A DNA stretch of 63,747 bases, the filler included, from Bipalium vagum (Eukaryota), in the NCBI GenBank assembly GCA_037834085.1. It is 3 parts of 3 records of this genome, joined end to end, with 100 filler letters (N's around TTAATTAATTAA, not from the genome) between each part and the next. Parts side by side here need not be neighbours in the genome. Positions count along the whole stretch, not along the records: positions 48,015 to 63,747 come from JBBMKC010148847.1; 2 more parts are not named here. One strand, given 5' to 3'. Shown here one piece after another: positions 51,501 to 63,747 of this stretch. The translations under genes were made by a program, and so were the position numbers. The notes under the pieces are model-generated. The model searched no databases. It was not told the origin of the DNA and saw only the letters and a list, made by a program, of their open reading frames with translations. Position 1 is the stretch's first letter; each line of letters opens with the position of its first letter.

Positions 51501-54352
51501 GTCTGATTGGAATTTTTTGTTCAGAGAAGACAATCCTTTAACTTTTTCAAGTCTAAAAATAAGTCTTTACCGAGACCATTGGCTGCCGATATTAGTAGCT
51601 CATTCTCGTCAAGTAGCGATCTATCAGAACAGGTAAATGTTAATTAATTAGATTAATTAAACGTAGTTTTGTGTGGAGTCAGATATATCCAAAACTAAAT
51701 CGTCGCTATGTTTCCATGATACAGTTGCCAAACAAAAAATCACCTTGGCGATTTTTCCATCGTAAAAAAGGTGTAAGTAGCACTAGCATTGTATAATGCA
51801 ATGAACCTTATATCTGATCCGTGTGAAATTTGCATGACAAAATTTACATGTTATCACAAATCGTCATTGAGAGAGACAGAGGTTCCGTTTACATCATTGT
51901 CATCATCATTATAGTTAAAATCGTGCACATTTCACACCAGCTTCACAATAATTATTTGCCTTTTGGCAAGTGCTTTCTCATTCATCGCTGCACCATATTT
52001 CCTTTTTCTGTAGAGATTTGTTTGTCTTTTTTTCTGTGCATTATTTACTTTTGATCACCTCAAATAAATTGTTTTTTTCAAAAATTTTGTTGTTGTACCT
52101 GCTTGTATAGATTCATGAGATTATTGGCTACTTATTTTGATTTTGATTTTATAGATTTTAATATATTATTATTATTATTATTAGTTTATTTTTATTATTA
52201 AAATTATCGATTATTTCTATTATACTATTAGTTTATTGTCAATTGTTAATATTATTTTTACAGAGCATTGCAAAAGAATCGTTTTCTGATGAGAATGTTA
52301 TTATGCAAGGAAGCCTATATAAAGGGCGAAATAAGAAGTGGGTCACGATCACAAAGGATGCGAAGATGTTCTATCACAAAACATCTCAGGTTCAATAAAT
52401 GATGATTGGCTTGATTAATTTCCACTGTTGACTTTTTATGGGTTTAGGAATATAACAGTGGTGTCTGTCCAAAATATATCGATTTGCAATTTTCAAATGT
52501 CAAAGTTCCAGGTAATCACAGTCAAAATGGCCACTTCTCACGAGCCACAAGTACATATAGTTTTCACCGTGTTATAATGTGTTTTATTGATTGACCATTT
52601 TTAGAATTAACTCGTAAAATTAAAGATGAAGAAGGTAGACTTCGTTTTTTTTCTTATTATTCCTGAAATAATCAATGTTTTTCCATTCAAGAATCGAAAA
52701 GCATCATCATAAACACACATAATGGGAAAAGTCAATATATCACCCGAGTTTACAAAGCAAAATCCGAGGAAGATCGTGACAAATGGATGGCAGCCATATC
52801 AGATGCCATTTTCCACAATTACGAAAAGACAAAAATCGATAAAAAGTTTCCGATGCAAGATTCAATGGATTCTGTAGAAAACGATTTGTCACAAATTGTC
52901 AAACAGTTCGGAAACGACAAATGTGCCGAATGCGATGCCAAGAATCCGAATTGGGTGGTCTACAATTTTGGCATATTGGTGTGTGACCGGTGTTCCGGGG
53001 CTCACAGAAATCTGGGAGTAGAAATTAGCAAAGTGTGCTCTTTGAAGCTGGACGCTTTGGAAAAAATCCGCATTCAGTTTTTGAAATCTTTCGGAAACTA
53101 TCTCACAAATTCCGTAATGGAAGCCAGACTACCACTGACGGGTGATGTGAAGTTAGTTTGGTCTTTTTTTCATAGAACTGCGATAAATCTTGTTTTATAT
53201 ATTTTTTTGTTTTTATGTTTTTTTTAACTATTTTTTAGAAACGAGAAATCAACTTTTAATTGATTGATTTTATCATTAATTATTATATATGATGTCTAAA
53301 AGTATGATCTAATATTAATTTGTATTTAAAATTAATTTATTATTTAGTTTTTCATAAATTTTAATAATTATAAATATCAATTTATTTGTTTAATATTTTG
53401 AATTCAAATCATAAAATTTATTATTATTATTAATCGATAATTAAAAATGTACTTCGTAAATTTTTTTACTATTATGAAATTATTTAATTTATAATAATTA
53501 TTTATTTTTGATTTGCTACGGCCAATGTTTTTTAATCAATATAAATAAAAACTTGGTTTTATTACTAATTTTTATTTTTAAATTATTTATTATTTAGTAA
53601 TATTAATTGATATTTAATTTATTATTCTATTAATTAGTATTAAGTAAGGTCTTTCATGACTTATTATTTGTGAGTAATTAATAAGAGTAGAAATGACAAT
53701 GAGAAAAAGTTTTATGAAAGATATTAATGATTGTACATTTTCCATAAATAATATAATAAAAATTTGAAAAAGATAGTTGATTTTTTGCACAGACCTACTC
53801 CAGAAACTCTATCTATTGACAAATGGCTGCAAAACAAATACGTGTTACGGAAATATATTCCACCATTACCTTTGAACTGTGAAGAAATTCAGAAACAACT
53901 TGTTTTTGCTATACAAGTGTGCGATCGTCGTTACCAACTGATCTGTATCATGAACGCAACGAAAGACCAGCTCAATAAGTATTACGACGTGGAAAAAGAT
54001 TGTCGAACGGCATTGATGATTGCATCGCGAGTCGCTGACGTGGTTGCAGTTCAAATGTTGTTGTGGGTATGTTCTCTATAATGATGATATAATAATAAAA
54101 AATGAAAAAAAAATAATAATAATTAATGATAAATAATAATCGATTTTATTTGTGTCATTTCAATAGGCCGGAGTGGACACTTCAATCAAAGACGGCAACG
54201 GTCTGAATGCGTTGAGTTTCACATCGATAATTCTCGACAATAATGAGCAGCCGGAGGATACGGAAAAGTTGCTCGAGATCCAAGAAATGCTGAAACGATT
54301 TCGAACTCCCATTCAAAGACTGTGCAAAACCAGTTTGCCGGAATGCACATGA
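48592..54352 (+). CDS. agap1: AGAP/centaurin-gamma: GTPase-like domain + PH + ArfGAP + ankyrin repeats, multi-exon
   Basis: AVLQSPEW, GIFGTPSSG, RFKHVL, YLLLMRHE, FCKWVD...FVFNLTNERSF, PMVLVG. PH domain: IMQGSLYK...KKWVTIT, VKVPG, EDRDKWMAAI. ArfGAP: GNDKCAECDAKNPNW...GILVCDRCSGAHRNLG. Ankyrin region: RTALMIA...QMLLW. The domain order is diagnostic; exact orthology is uncertain. Confidence 0.9.
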
Positions 54353-55769
54353 AACAACAACTGCGACAACAACGACTGCGTGTGTGCCCTGACCCCACGG
54401 GTATTGTTTTTGTGGTTTGCTTGAGATTCTGTCGATTGATTTCCGTTTCACAATAGAGCGCAGAGATTTATTATTATCGCAGATTCAGTCCGTTGTTGTT
54501 GTTGTCGTTTGTGTTGTATGAAAAATATATAATTAAATGTAAATGAAGAAACCCGATCAACAGTGTGCTAGTTTCGGTTGCGATCGGTTGATTGATGTGT
54601 GAATTCTGTGTTCAATAAATTTTCTGGATTTGTTTTCCGTTGCGTTTGATTTACAGTGATGGTGATGGTGATGACGACGACGAAGGTGATGGTGATGATC
54701 GTGATCGAGATTGTATTGTTGTTGATCATCTGTGGTGAGTCTGGAGAATCGCTCAGATCATGCAATGCCACACGTCGCGCGCGCTCTCTGTGTCACGAGT
54801 TGAGATTATTATTATTATAATTGATGATGATGATTTGAGATAATATCACCGTTACCATTTTTCATGAGATTTTCACTTGTGTTTTATTTTGTTTTTTCAT
54901 TTGATATCGTCGTCATCGATCTGGAAAACGTGGTCAGGACATATACTGGGAGTTATTTTTTCTAAAAATGTACGGTTTCTTTTTCGCTGTTTTCTCTGAT
55001 GTTGTTATACACAATGTAAATTTTTCTCTGTCAGCAAATAATTTATAATATATTTTTTATCGACTTTTTTCTGTGATTTTGAATGATTTTGTAAGAATTT
55101 TTTCCGTTATGCACTAATTTTGGGAAAGGCTTATTTTTATATTATGAAATTTCGTTCTTGAGGACGTGTAAGGCGTGTGGTACGAATTTTGTTGTAAATA
55201 TATAATCTTTGAAATTGATTTTAGAATTTCTGAAATTTTTTGAATAAATATTAAAAATATATAATACAACGTTGAGATGATGTATAAAAATGAAATTTGA
55301 AGGTATAAAGTTTTTATTTTATAAAATAACTTAAGCTCTGCTAAAAAGATGTCTTGGTCAATGTTAAAATAATTTTCTTACTATAAAATTAATGTCTCTG
55401 GGGTTCTGCAATAATTTGTGAAGGTATATTGTCTTAGTATCGATAAAATATGTTGATCTGTAATGAATGACTAGCTCTTGAAACCTTTTACAAACTTTGT
55501 AAATAAGAATATATTAGCTGCTACCCAGTGTAATTGAATTATGTGTGAATTGATATGTTACGGGATATATGAGATTTACGAGTATTGATTATTTGATTTG
55601 AGTGATCAAATAACTTAACTGATTATCCTTAACCCAATATGGAATGACTGAAAGCCGTATTCCTAAACATGAGAATGGATTGTCGGGATAACTACATATA
55701 TAAGAAATATAATATCTTGATTTAATTTTTATCACAAAAAATATACTCGTAATAATTGTTGTTGATTTG

Positions 55770-56800
55770 ATTTGTTTTTTTCACTCAATTTGTGTAGAAC
55801 CCGCCGATCATGGTTTAATACTGAATATGGTTTGCAATGCTTTTACGTTGAACCTTGAGAATTTTGGCAAGTTTACGTACTGTTTGGAAGGGATCAGTTT
55901 TAATGTGGTCTTTTAAAATTTCATCGTCAAGATCTGGTGGACGTCCTTCACGAAGGTTTTGTTCAAGTCCAAAATCTCCGGAACGAAAAAGTACAAGAAT
56001 ATCTTAAAGCACATGTTTCCACAAAAATATTTTGAAAATAAAATTTTTTAATTGTAGGAAAAGAATAAAAAGAAAACATGATTTTGTTAGTTATTTTGAA
56101 TAAAAGATTTTAAGACAATAAAACATATTTTATTAACATTTACAGCTATGTTACGCATTTCAATAAGCAGCCTACTTCAAAATACTTAAAAAATAATTGC
56201 TTATATCACACCTTTATTTTTTATTACTTCCCTTATCCTTCTTGGCATGCTTATATATATATAGTTTTAGAAACTAGAATCATTGCCCACTCTTCCTCCA
56301 AAACCCTCAAAGTGTCTCAATATTGGCCGGTCTACAGCTAGCAATCAGCTCACAACGGCACAATAATGTTTAGATTTTTTATTTATGTTTTATACTGAGC
56401 CAGCCAATCACTGAGTACACATAATTTTGACTTTTCCAAGAATGATGATACCAATCTGGATTTATGGCATGAAGCTCCATCCTGCTGAAATATATTTTGT
56501 CGCTCATATATTGGCAACAACCCTTTCTTTAATACGTTCTGATAGGAAAAAAAATTCATGTCATTGGGACACCTTATGAGAATTCTGGTGCCATCTTCTT
56601 TTATATCATTCGAAACAAAAAAACTCTTACCTCAAAATTTAACAGTTTTTGAGATATATTTTGGGCTATATCTGAATCTTTGTGATATGCGAACGTATTC
56701 TCTTCTTCGGGAGAAAAAATGATCTCATCCCGAAAAGAAGGAAGCAATTTGCCATAGTCTTTGCATCACTAAGCGATTTTTTCTATGTCGCTCATTTAAT
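55770..56800 (-). mobile_element. Adjacent decayed mariner (55770-56020) and Tc1-like (56190-56800) fragments
   Basis: FRSGDFGLEQNLREGRPPDLDDEILK; IFQQDGASCH and SMPRRIREVIK. Confidence 0.7.
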
Positions 56801-58496
56801 ACTAGTTTCTTTGCTGAAATATATATTTTAGATGTTTTATATTTAATTAATTAATTATTATTATTATTATATTTGGCTCATAATGAATGTGAAAATGAAA
56901 AAAGAAAATTATTTAAGGGTCTTTTCAATTAATTTGTTGATATTTCTAAATTTGTAATTTATTTTTACACTACGTACTTGACCAAATTATAATTCGTTAA
57001 AGATTGGCGTTTTTATTGATCTTTGTTTAAGAATTTATTAAAAAATGTTCAATATTTTTAAAAAAAATATATTTTTCAATCTACAGGGTAGAAAAAAAGG
57101 TATTAAAACTTTTTGAAAATTGATATAATTAACAATTTTCAGTCAAATAAAAGCTTTATAATCTTTTTCAAATGGTTATTATGATAACCTGGAAATGTAG
57201 GAATGATCTTTAATTAACACTGAATTCGTATTAAAAAATGTTGAAATAAGAAAAATAATTATTTCATTTAATATGTTTTTACAACCCTTTCAAATTTTGT
57301 ATACATTTATTAAGTAAGTTCATATATTTCTAAATATTACATTTTTAATGTAACTTGTTTTGTAAATGCAATTTAATATGTTTAGTTTAATAATGTATAC
57401 TACATTTTTTCGAAATGGTTAAAATAAGTATCGACATATTTGGTATTTTAATCAAATTATGTTGATTGCCAAGTCTTCATATATTCTTATAAAATTTTTT
57501 TATCTTAGCATTCGGGTACTCCAATAATACAAATTTATATAACACTTTAAGGCTATTTAATCTTTAAAATATTGATTTTAGTAACTTTTTGTATTGTCAC
57601 TAACTTATTTCCAACCCTGTAAAGAATTAGCAATCAACTATTTAATCGAAAAAGTGTTCGCGAAATTCTTAGATGTCCTTATTACTCAATCGTATTTTGC
57701 TTTCATCACTTGGTCTGTCAAAATTTTAACTTTAACTCATAAACAAATAGTTGGAAGTACTTTTTACTAGCGTTGATTTACTTAATTATAAATACTAATC
57801 GAATGAGGAACAACCTTACTAATCGATTTCAGGTTAAACTAGAATCTGTCTTCAAAAGATTCACTAATAAAAAAACAAAGAAACTCATTTTACTGCAACT
57901 AAAATATATTTATAATGTAAAAATAACAAACTGAATAATAATTAATAAGGTAAAAATATCTCACTTTGAAGGTAAGTAAAAAGGCTTTCTGATAAGAACT
58001 ACGTTTTAACCTACTAATTCAATGGAACTACAAAATTGACAAAACAGAAGAAATAAGTAAAAAATAAACTATTAATTAGTTGAATCGATTAGTTCCTATT
58101 GACTCAAAACTTATTCTTAGTACTGTCAAGAAAATGCTGACAGATCAATACTTATCACTCTGTTGATTCTATGGTTTACCCTTGAGTGGGCTCATGATGA
58201 TGCATCTCAATCTACATTTCGTCACGATCGATTTTTTAAAATTGATTAATAATTAAAATCAAATTTATTTATTTATATATTCTTATTTAAAATTGATTTT
58301 GTTATTCTTATTTAAGGTGTTTCTCAATACTTTATGAACTGAGGTTATCAATTATATTTATTTACAATTTATTTTCTTCTTTTTTTAAAGTCAATGCTTC
58401 TTAAATTAACTTTTTCATACACAAAATTTACATAACACAAGCATAGTTGCTTAATCACGAAATAAACTAAGTTATTTTTTACCTGGAAATGTTATA

Positions 58497-58685
58497 CTGT
58501 AAAATCCAGAGTATAAGCTGCAGCGCGTATTGATGAAAAGTGTGATGTTGAAAATTGAAATAAATAATCTTATCTTCGATTTGAATTGTTTTTTAGTTGT
58601 ATAAGCTGCACATAATATTAGCTGCAATTCAAAAATGTTGCCTTTATGTACGTATTAGCTGCAGTTTATACTCGGGATTTTACAG
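58497..58685. mobile_element. Tc2/pogo-type MITE (189 bp)
   Basis: 26-bp TIRs ctgtaaaatcc(a/c)gagtataa(g/a)ctgca, TA on both sides, and internal repeats of ta(a/t)gctgca. Confidence 0.85.
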
Positions 58686-58699
58686 TAATATCAAAAAAT

Positions 58700-59370
58700 A
58701 AAACATCAAATTACATAAGAAAATAAAATCAAAATCAAATTGAACCAAGAATTTTCCATATAAGTGTTTCTTAATTCGTTGCGGATATTTTTCGTACATT
58801 ATCTTGGCACGACCTCAACAGATGAATTAAAATTTAGCCAAGGAAAACTTGTGGTGAACCATTTATTATTATATAAACTCATCATTGGTTGTCTGCAAAG
58901 GATTCAATACCGCAAACTCCAGAACAGTAATTGCTACTTGTATGTACAGCAACCTGAACGTGTCAAGGATATGCTGGTTCAAAAGCAACCAGCTCTAATC
59001 AAGAGAAAGAAAGTTGTGTTGATCAACAATAACGCAAGGCGACATAATGCAAAAGTCACCAGTGAAAAAATCTGCATTAAATTGGGAAATTCTGCCACAT
59101 CCACAATATTCTCCCGATATTTCTCCAAGTGACTACCATCTGTTTTTGGCCTTAGACAATCTTTCAGACAAAAGCAATCCAAAAATGGAAAATAAATTGA
59201 AAACTTTTTCACTTCAAAAGACTCTACATTTTATTAAAACGGGATTTATTAACGGGATTTATTATTATTTATTTTATCTGGTTGGAAAAATGTGGTAGAT
59301 TGTAATGGTGATTATTTTAATTAATAAAATTTCAGAATAAATACATCAGTTAGCACATAACTTATCTCAC
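58700..59370 (+). mobile_element. Mariner 3' fragment
   Basis: VVLINNNARRH and WEILPHPQYSPDISPSDYHLFLALDN. Confidence 0.85.
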
Positions 59371-59985
59371 TATAATAATCTTATGGAGCATAATAAGAAA
59401 GAGAATAATAGACTTGTAAGTCTAAAACCTTATTCAGTTGGTAAATAACACAAAAATAATCAAATCAGTGTGTTAAAGCTTCACAAGAAAATAATGTCTC
59501 TCTGTATGCCCGGGATCGAACTGATCAAAAATATCAGTGGCTCAAATACCTAAAACCAACTACGAAAACCAAAAACTCTTAATTACTACGTCCATTACCA
59601 AAGTTAACCAATCAATAAAATAGTGAATAAAAACAAAATGAAATACAGAATCCATCGACATTTTAGAATTTAAAATCATCTATTAAAATCATCGTCCACT
59701 TTCACATTTCAATATCAAATCAAAGCCAATTAATTTTAAATTGAATTTCTTCTTTAAATCATATTTTAACTCACCGATTCAAAAAAATTTATTATTATCT
59801 GTTTTTTCTCTCATGCGATTTTTTAACATGAAATTACTAGGGTGATGCAAAAGTTTTGAAGATTTGAAAACAATATTTACTTAGATTCAAACACTTACTA
59901 TCAATATTTAAATAGATGATTAATTGCTACTTTAAAAACATTATACATTTTAAACATTAAATATAGCTATTAAAATTTGAAAATA

Positions 59986-62220
59986 CAGGTGTATGCAGAA
60001 ATATATAGAAAATATTCAAAAAACATATAATTCCATGCAAAAATATATAGAAAATCATTCAAAATATACTGGTCGGCATAATTATTTATACTTATTGTTT
60101 CTTTAAGTGAATTTATCTCAATTAAGGAATTTGCTGTTGGTTCAATTTTAAAAATATGCCTGTTGTTATCTTCTAGGTACTGATATATATTTCTGAATTG
60201 GAAATATATTATTTTGTAATTTTGATTATCAATAATGAAATAAAGGACATAACTTTTTATACCACGAGCTTAATTAATTATATTTCCTTTTTTAATCAAC
60301 ACATTGACCAACCTATTTCTAAAAGTTTTATACAGATTAATAATTACCTGTCGTTTAGTGTTATTATCATATTTGCAGCCTGATTGATTTTCTGTCGCAG
60401 TTCAAGTAGGTTTTTCGGCTGCTTTTCAGCATAAACAAAGTCACTGAGCATCTTCCAGACGTTTTCAACTATGTTAATGTCTGGTGACCTCGAAGGCCAG
60501 TCGATGATATTGATATCGTTGGTCTAATAACTTTCTTGGGCGATTATGCATGTGTCTATCTGGCAATTATCTTGCACCAAGTTTGCTTGATTCCCCACAT
60601 TCAAACGAATTGATGGCGCAATTAAGGTATTGAATGTTGCTTTGTATTCCTTACCTTTCTGAATACCTACTAACTCACGAAGTAAAATTAGGCTATTAGG
60701 AAAAGTGATGCAAAACTACATCAATCCACCACTTCCTTTTTGTTTTCGCTGACGGCATACAACTTTTTTCCCAGCACTGTATGTAAACCTAATTTTCATG
60801 CATTAAAATAATATTAAAATAATATTTTACTAATTATCGGGACCATCTAAGGAGAACCGCTTTTCTTCAACAAAAGTAGTATTTTCCCATACAGTATTTG
60901 TGGATATCCATGAAGATACTTTAAAAATTCTATCAACTTTATGTTTAGTGCATAATATGATAAGTTTTGCTTCCTTTTGGTAATGGAAATCATGTCGCTG
61001 TAACCATCTGGAAACGGTTCTTTTGGAGACTACTAAATTATTATTTCTAAGAATGGTGTTCGCATTCACCTTAATAACATTTTCGTTTTCTTTTGATATA
61101 TATCGCCGTAAAATTGTTGAATTTCTTTTATTTATTTTGAATTTGGGACCTTGTTTCTTTTTGTGCCAAACTTTTTGATAATTAGTTAAATTTTGAATGG
61201 CAGACTTCGTTAATCCTAAAATCTTTCCAATTTCTGTATATGTCTTGCCATTTTTTCTTAATTCAATTACCGTTCTCTTAATTTCTTTAGAATACATCTA
61301 TTTAAAGTTATAATTTTTGAATTTAATTATCAAAACTACTTACGGTATAAATAGTTATGTCCTTTAAATTGTTAGGATAAATTGTAAATATTGCAAATTA
61401 TATAAGCAAAAGAATTATAATTAACTTGTTTGAAAATTCTTAACAAATAAATACATCAAGTTATCATATTTCAGGTTTCATATTCATTTTTATAAAAGTA
61501 AAAAGTTAATTAACATTTTTTAATCGTGGTATAAATAATTATGTCAACCAGTATATATAGAAAATTATTCAGAAATATATAGAAAAAATATTCGACTGTT
61601 TCTATTTGAATTTGATCGAATCTTAGTCAGCTAAAGTACTGCGTCAAGAATTTTACGTGATAGGAATTATACTAGGAAGCGATTAGTCAGAGTTCCAGAA
61701 GAGAGAAATAATAGTAAAAACATTGAGGCTAGACAGTTTTATACGAGGGACATTGATTACATTGAAAACTGTAAGTTGGTTTACTTAGATGAAACAGGAG
61801 TCAACTAACACCAAACCAGAAGTTTTTGTCACCTTACTCGCCTCAATTAAACCCGATCGAAGAGTTTTTCAGAAGCTTTAAGTCTCAAATATCATCCATT
61901 ATGAGTACCATTATAGGCCGGGACAATTTAAAAGAATTGATTACCCAAGTACTCATGCATAACGATATCGATCTAAATGGTTATTTTCGCAACATAAAGC
62001 CTTGCTAAGACAAGAATTTCTTCCCGTAATGTTTTATTGTTTCTATATGTACATTTCCACTCGTGTATTTGTTATGAAATTTTTTTCCTATATATTTCTG
62101 AATATTTTTCTAAAGATTTCTGAATATTTTTCTATATATTTCTGAATAATTTTCTATATATTTTGAATAATTTTCTATATATATTTTGAATATTTTTCTA
62201 TATATTTCTGCATAACCCTG
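59986..62220 (+). mobile_element. Internally deleted IS630/Tc1-like element with repeat-rich TIRs; hosts a nested Tc1
   Basis: TA-flanked TIRs caggtgtatgcagaaatatatagaaaa / ttttctatatatttctgcataaccctg. Motifs LVYLDETGVNL and LSPYSPQLNPIEEFF. Confidence 0.88.
60069..61551 (-). mobile_element. Near full-length Tc1-like element with an intron-containing transposase, inserted in the left TIR region of the host element
   Basis: TIRs ctggtcggcataattatttatac / gtataaataattatgtcaaccag, TA-flanked. ORF 61297-60830 (HTH; FVEEKRFSLDGPDN), a 42-nt GT-AG intron 60830-60789, then VQDNC and WPSRSPDINIVENVW. Confidence 0.88.
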
Positions 62221-62999
62221 TAACAGTAAAACCTTTTATATTCTTGAAGAGATGGGAAAGTGTCATTTCATAAACTAGCCTATTATTATTCCAACCGGAA
62301 GATGGTGGACAAGAAAGGATAATTTGCTCAATAAGAACAATTTATTAAGAATGGAAAATTTTTAAAGTATTATTGTTTTAAAACTCATTTAAAATATATT
62401 GTTCAAATTATGACTGATTTTGTTGATATCGCTGCTAACAATAATAATATTAATTAAATTTTTTTAAAGAAAACGGAATTTTTGTAATGTTAAAAAGCCA
62501 TATCAAAATCTCGCCGTGAAGATTTTGATATATTAGGCTAATGGGATTTTGACATAATGAAGGATAAAAGGGATATGAGTCCTATTTACTTGTCTTATGG
62601 TTTGATCAAACTCCATCTCGGCCGTCTCTAAGCGTAGGGATTAGTGATCGTATATCAATCTCTAAGACAATATAAGGAGACGGCTATTCTCACAAATGGT
62701 CCAGAATATTATCGTCAGAAGAAGAACCTTTGATTTGCAGAGAGCTACAATCGTTCTGCCGAAGACAGTTTCAGACCTAGTAATTATTTTAGTTTATTTC
62801 CAGATGGTAATGTAAGAGGATTTATCAAGAGGAGCCAGCTAGTTTGGGAATCCAAACGTTTTGTGCAGTGACAATAGAATTACGAACAGAGCACATTAAA
62901 GTGTGGAGTTGTTGATATACGAGTGCAAGTACTTTCAAGGTATAATAGTAACAAATTTATATAGCATGTGGCTATTTTGGGCTTCATTATTTTCCTCAA

Positions 63000-63430
63000 C
63001 ATTTTTTTAAACCCGTTTATATAAAATAATTTTTCTTTGAAGTGGTCATTACTGATGACAGTAGCCGTTCTTTTATGGTCATAGTTTTCAATGTTGAGGA
63101 AACCAGTTTTAAATTTCCGACAATATCGCTAACACAACCATCACCCTAAAAGAAATTAATATTTCCAGTTTCTTCTGTCACTTTATGATGAAGCCTGAAC
63201 TCATAAAGAATGCAAATTCGAATATGTTGTTTAACTATGTTTTACAAAATGTAAAAAAATATTGTGTAATTTCAAATTGAACTTAATTTTAGAATTATAT
63301 GAAATGTGAAATTTGCATTCCAGTTTGATATATTAAAACAATTATTATCAGAAAAATATCAAAGAATAATAAAACAAAAATAAATAAATTCATGTCGGAA
63401 AAAGTTTTATTAATATTGGTTAAAAAAGAA
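63000..63430 (-). mobile_element. Mariner 5' fragment
   Basis: QHIRICILYEFRLHHKVTEETGNIN on the reverse strand. Confidence 0.75.
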
Positions 63431-63747
63431 AAGAATATAAATAAACAAAACATTATTATTTTTTATTCTTCAGGTTTCTAAAGGAATTAAAAACGCAAAT
63501 GGTAAATAAAAGTTTTAAAAATGTAAAATTAATAATGACAAATAATCCGTGTTCAAATGGGAGTTCTTCAGAAAATTTTCTAGAGATTGCATCTTGCTGA
63601 CAATTACATGCACACCTGGACAAAAAATGAGGCTTACATAACCTATATCATATATTATGACAAAATTTATTTTTAACAATTTTACAAAATTTTTCAAACA
63701 ATATATCATTAACTAAATAAAAAATATTAATAAGGGATATATTTCCA

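Noticed and set aside
62080-62220. Regularly spaced short repeats resembling a CRISPR array (also 48395-48510 and 59990-60065)
   Set aside because: There are no unique spacers or cas genes. These are subterminal repeats of Tc1-like TIRs.

Overview
This is AT-rich eukaryotic (animal) genomic DNA with many 40-55 nt GT-AG introns and a very high load of decayed Tc1/mariner-superfamily DNA. The style suggests a triclad flatworm/planarian, but that is inference only. Five complete spliced host genes can be rebuilt by hand: UNC119 (-), an ACAD9-like gene (-) whose catalytic Glu is replaced, enkurin (-), a secreted S1 serine protease (+) and an AGAP/centaurin-gamma (+) with a degenerate P-loop. The 3' part of a kettin/titin-like Ig gene (+) is also present. 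Virus-derived fossils are a chuvirus-type glycoprotein and a Polinton/adintovirus-type pPolB N-terminus. Mobile DNA includes a Merlin element with an 8-bp TSD, nested Tc1 elements, Tigger/pogo and piggyBac-like remnants, and a MITE. The most notable object is a ~3.8-kb Utopia/NeSL-clade non-LTR retrotransposon in ACAD9 intron 2. It begins with a diverged U2 snRNA 5' segment, then carries a ~1-kb leader with a decayed antisense ORF and a candidate pseudoknotted RNA, followed by a Ulp1-type protease and a reverse transcriptase. Two scaffold gaps contain an artificial TTAATTAATTAA spacer. All family calls come from motif recognition; no database search was run.
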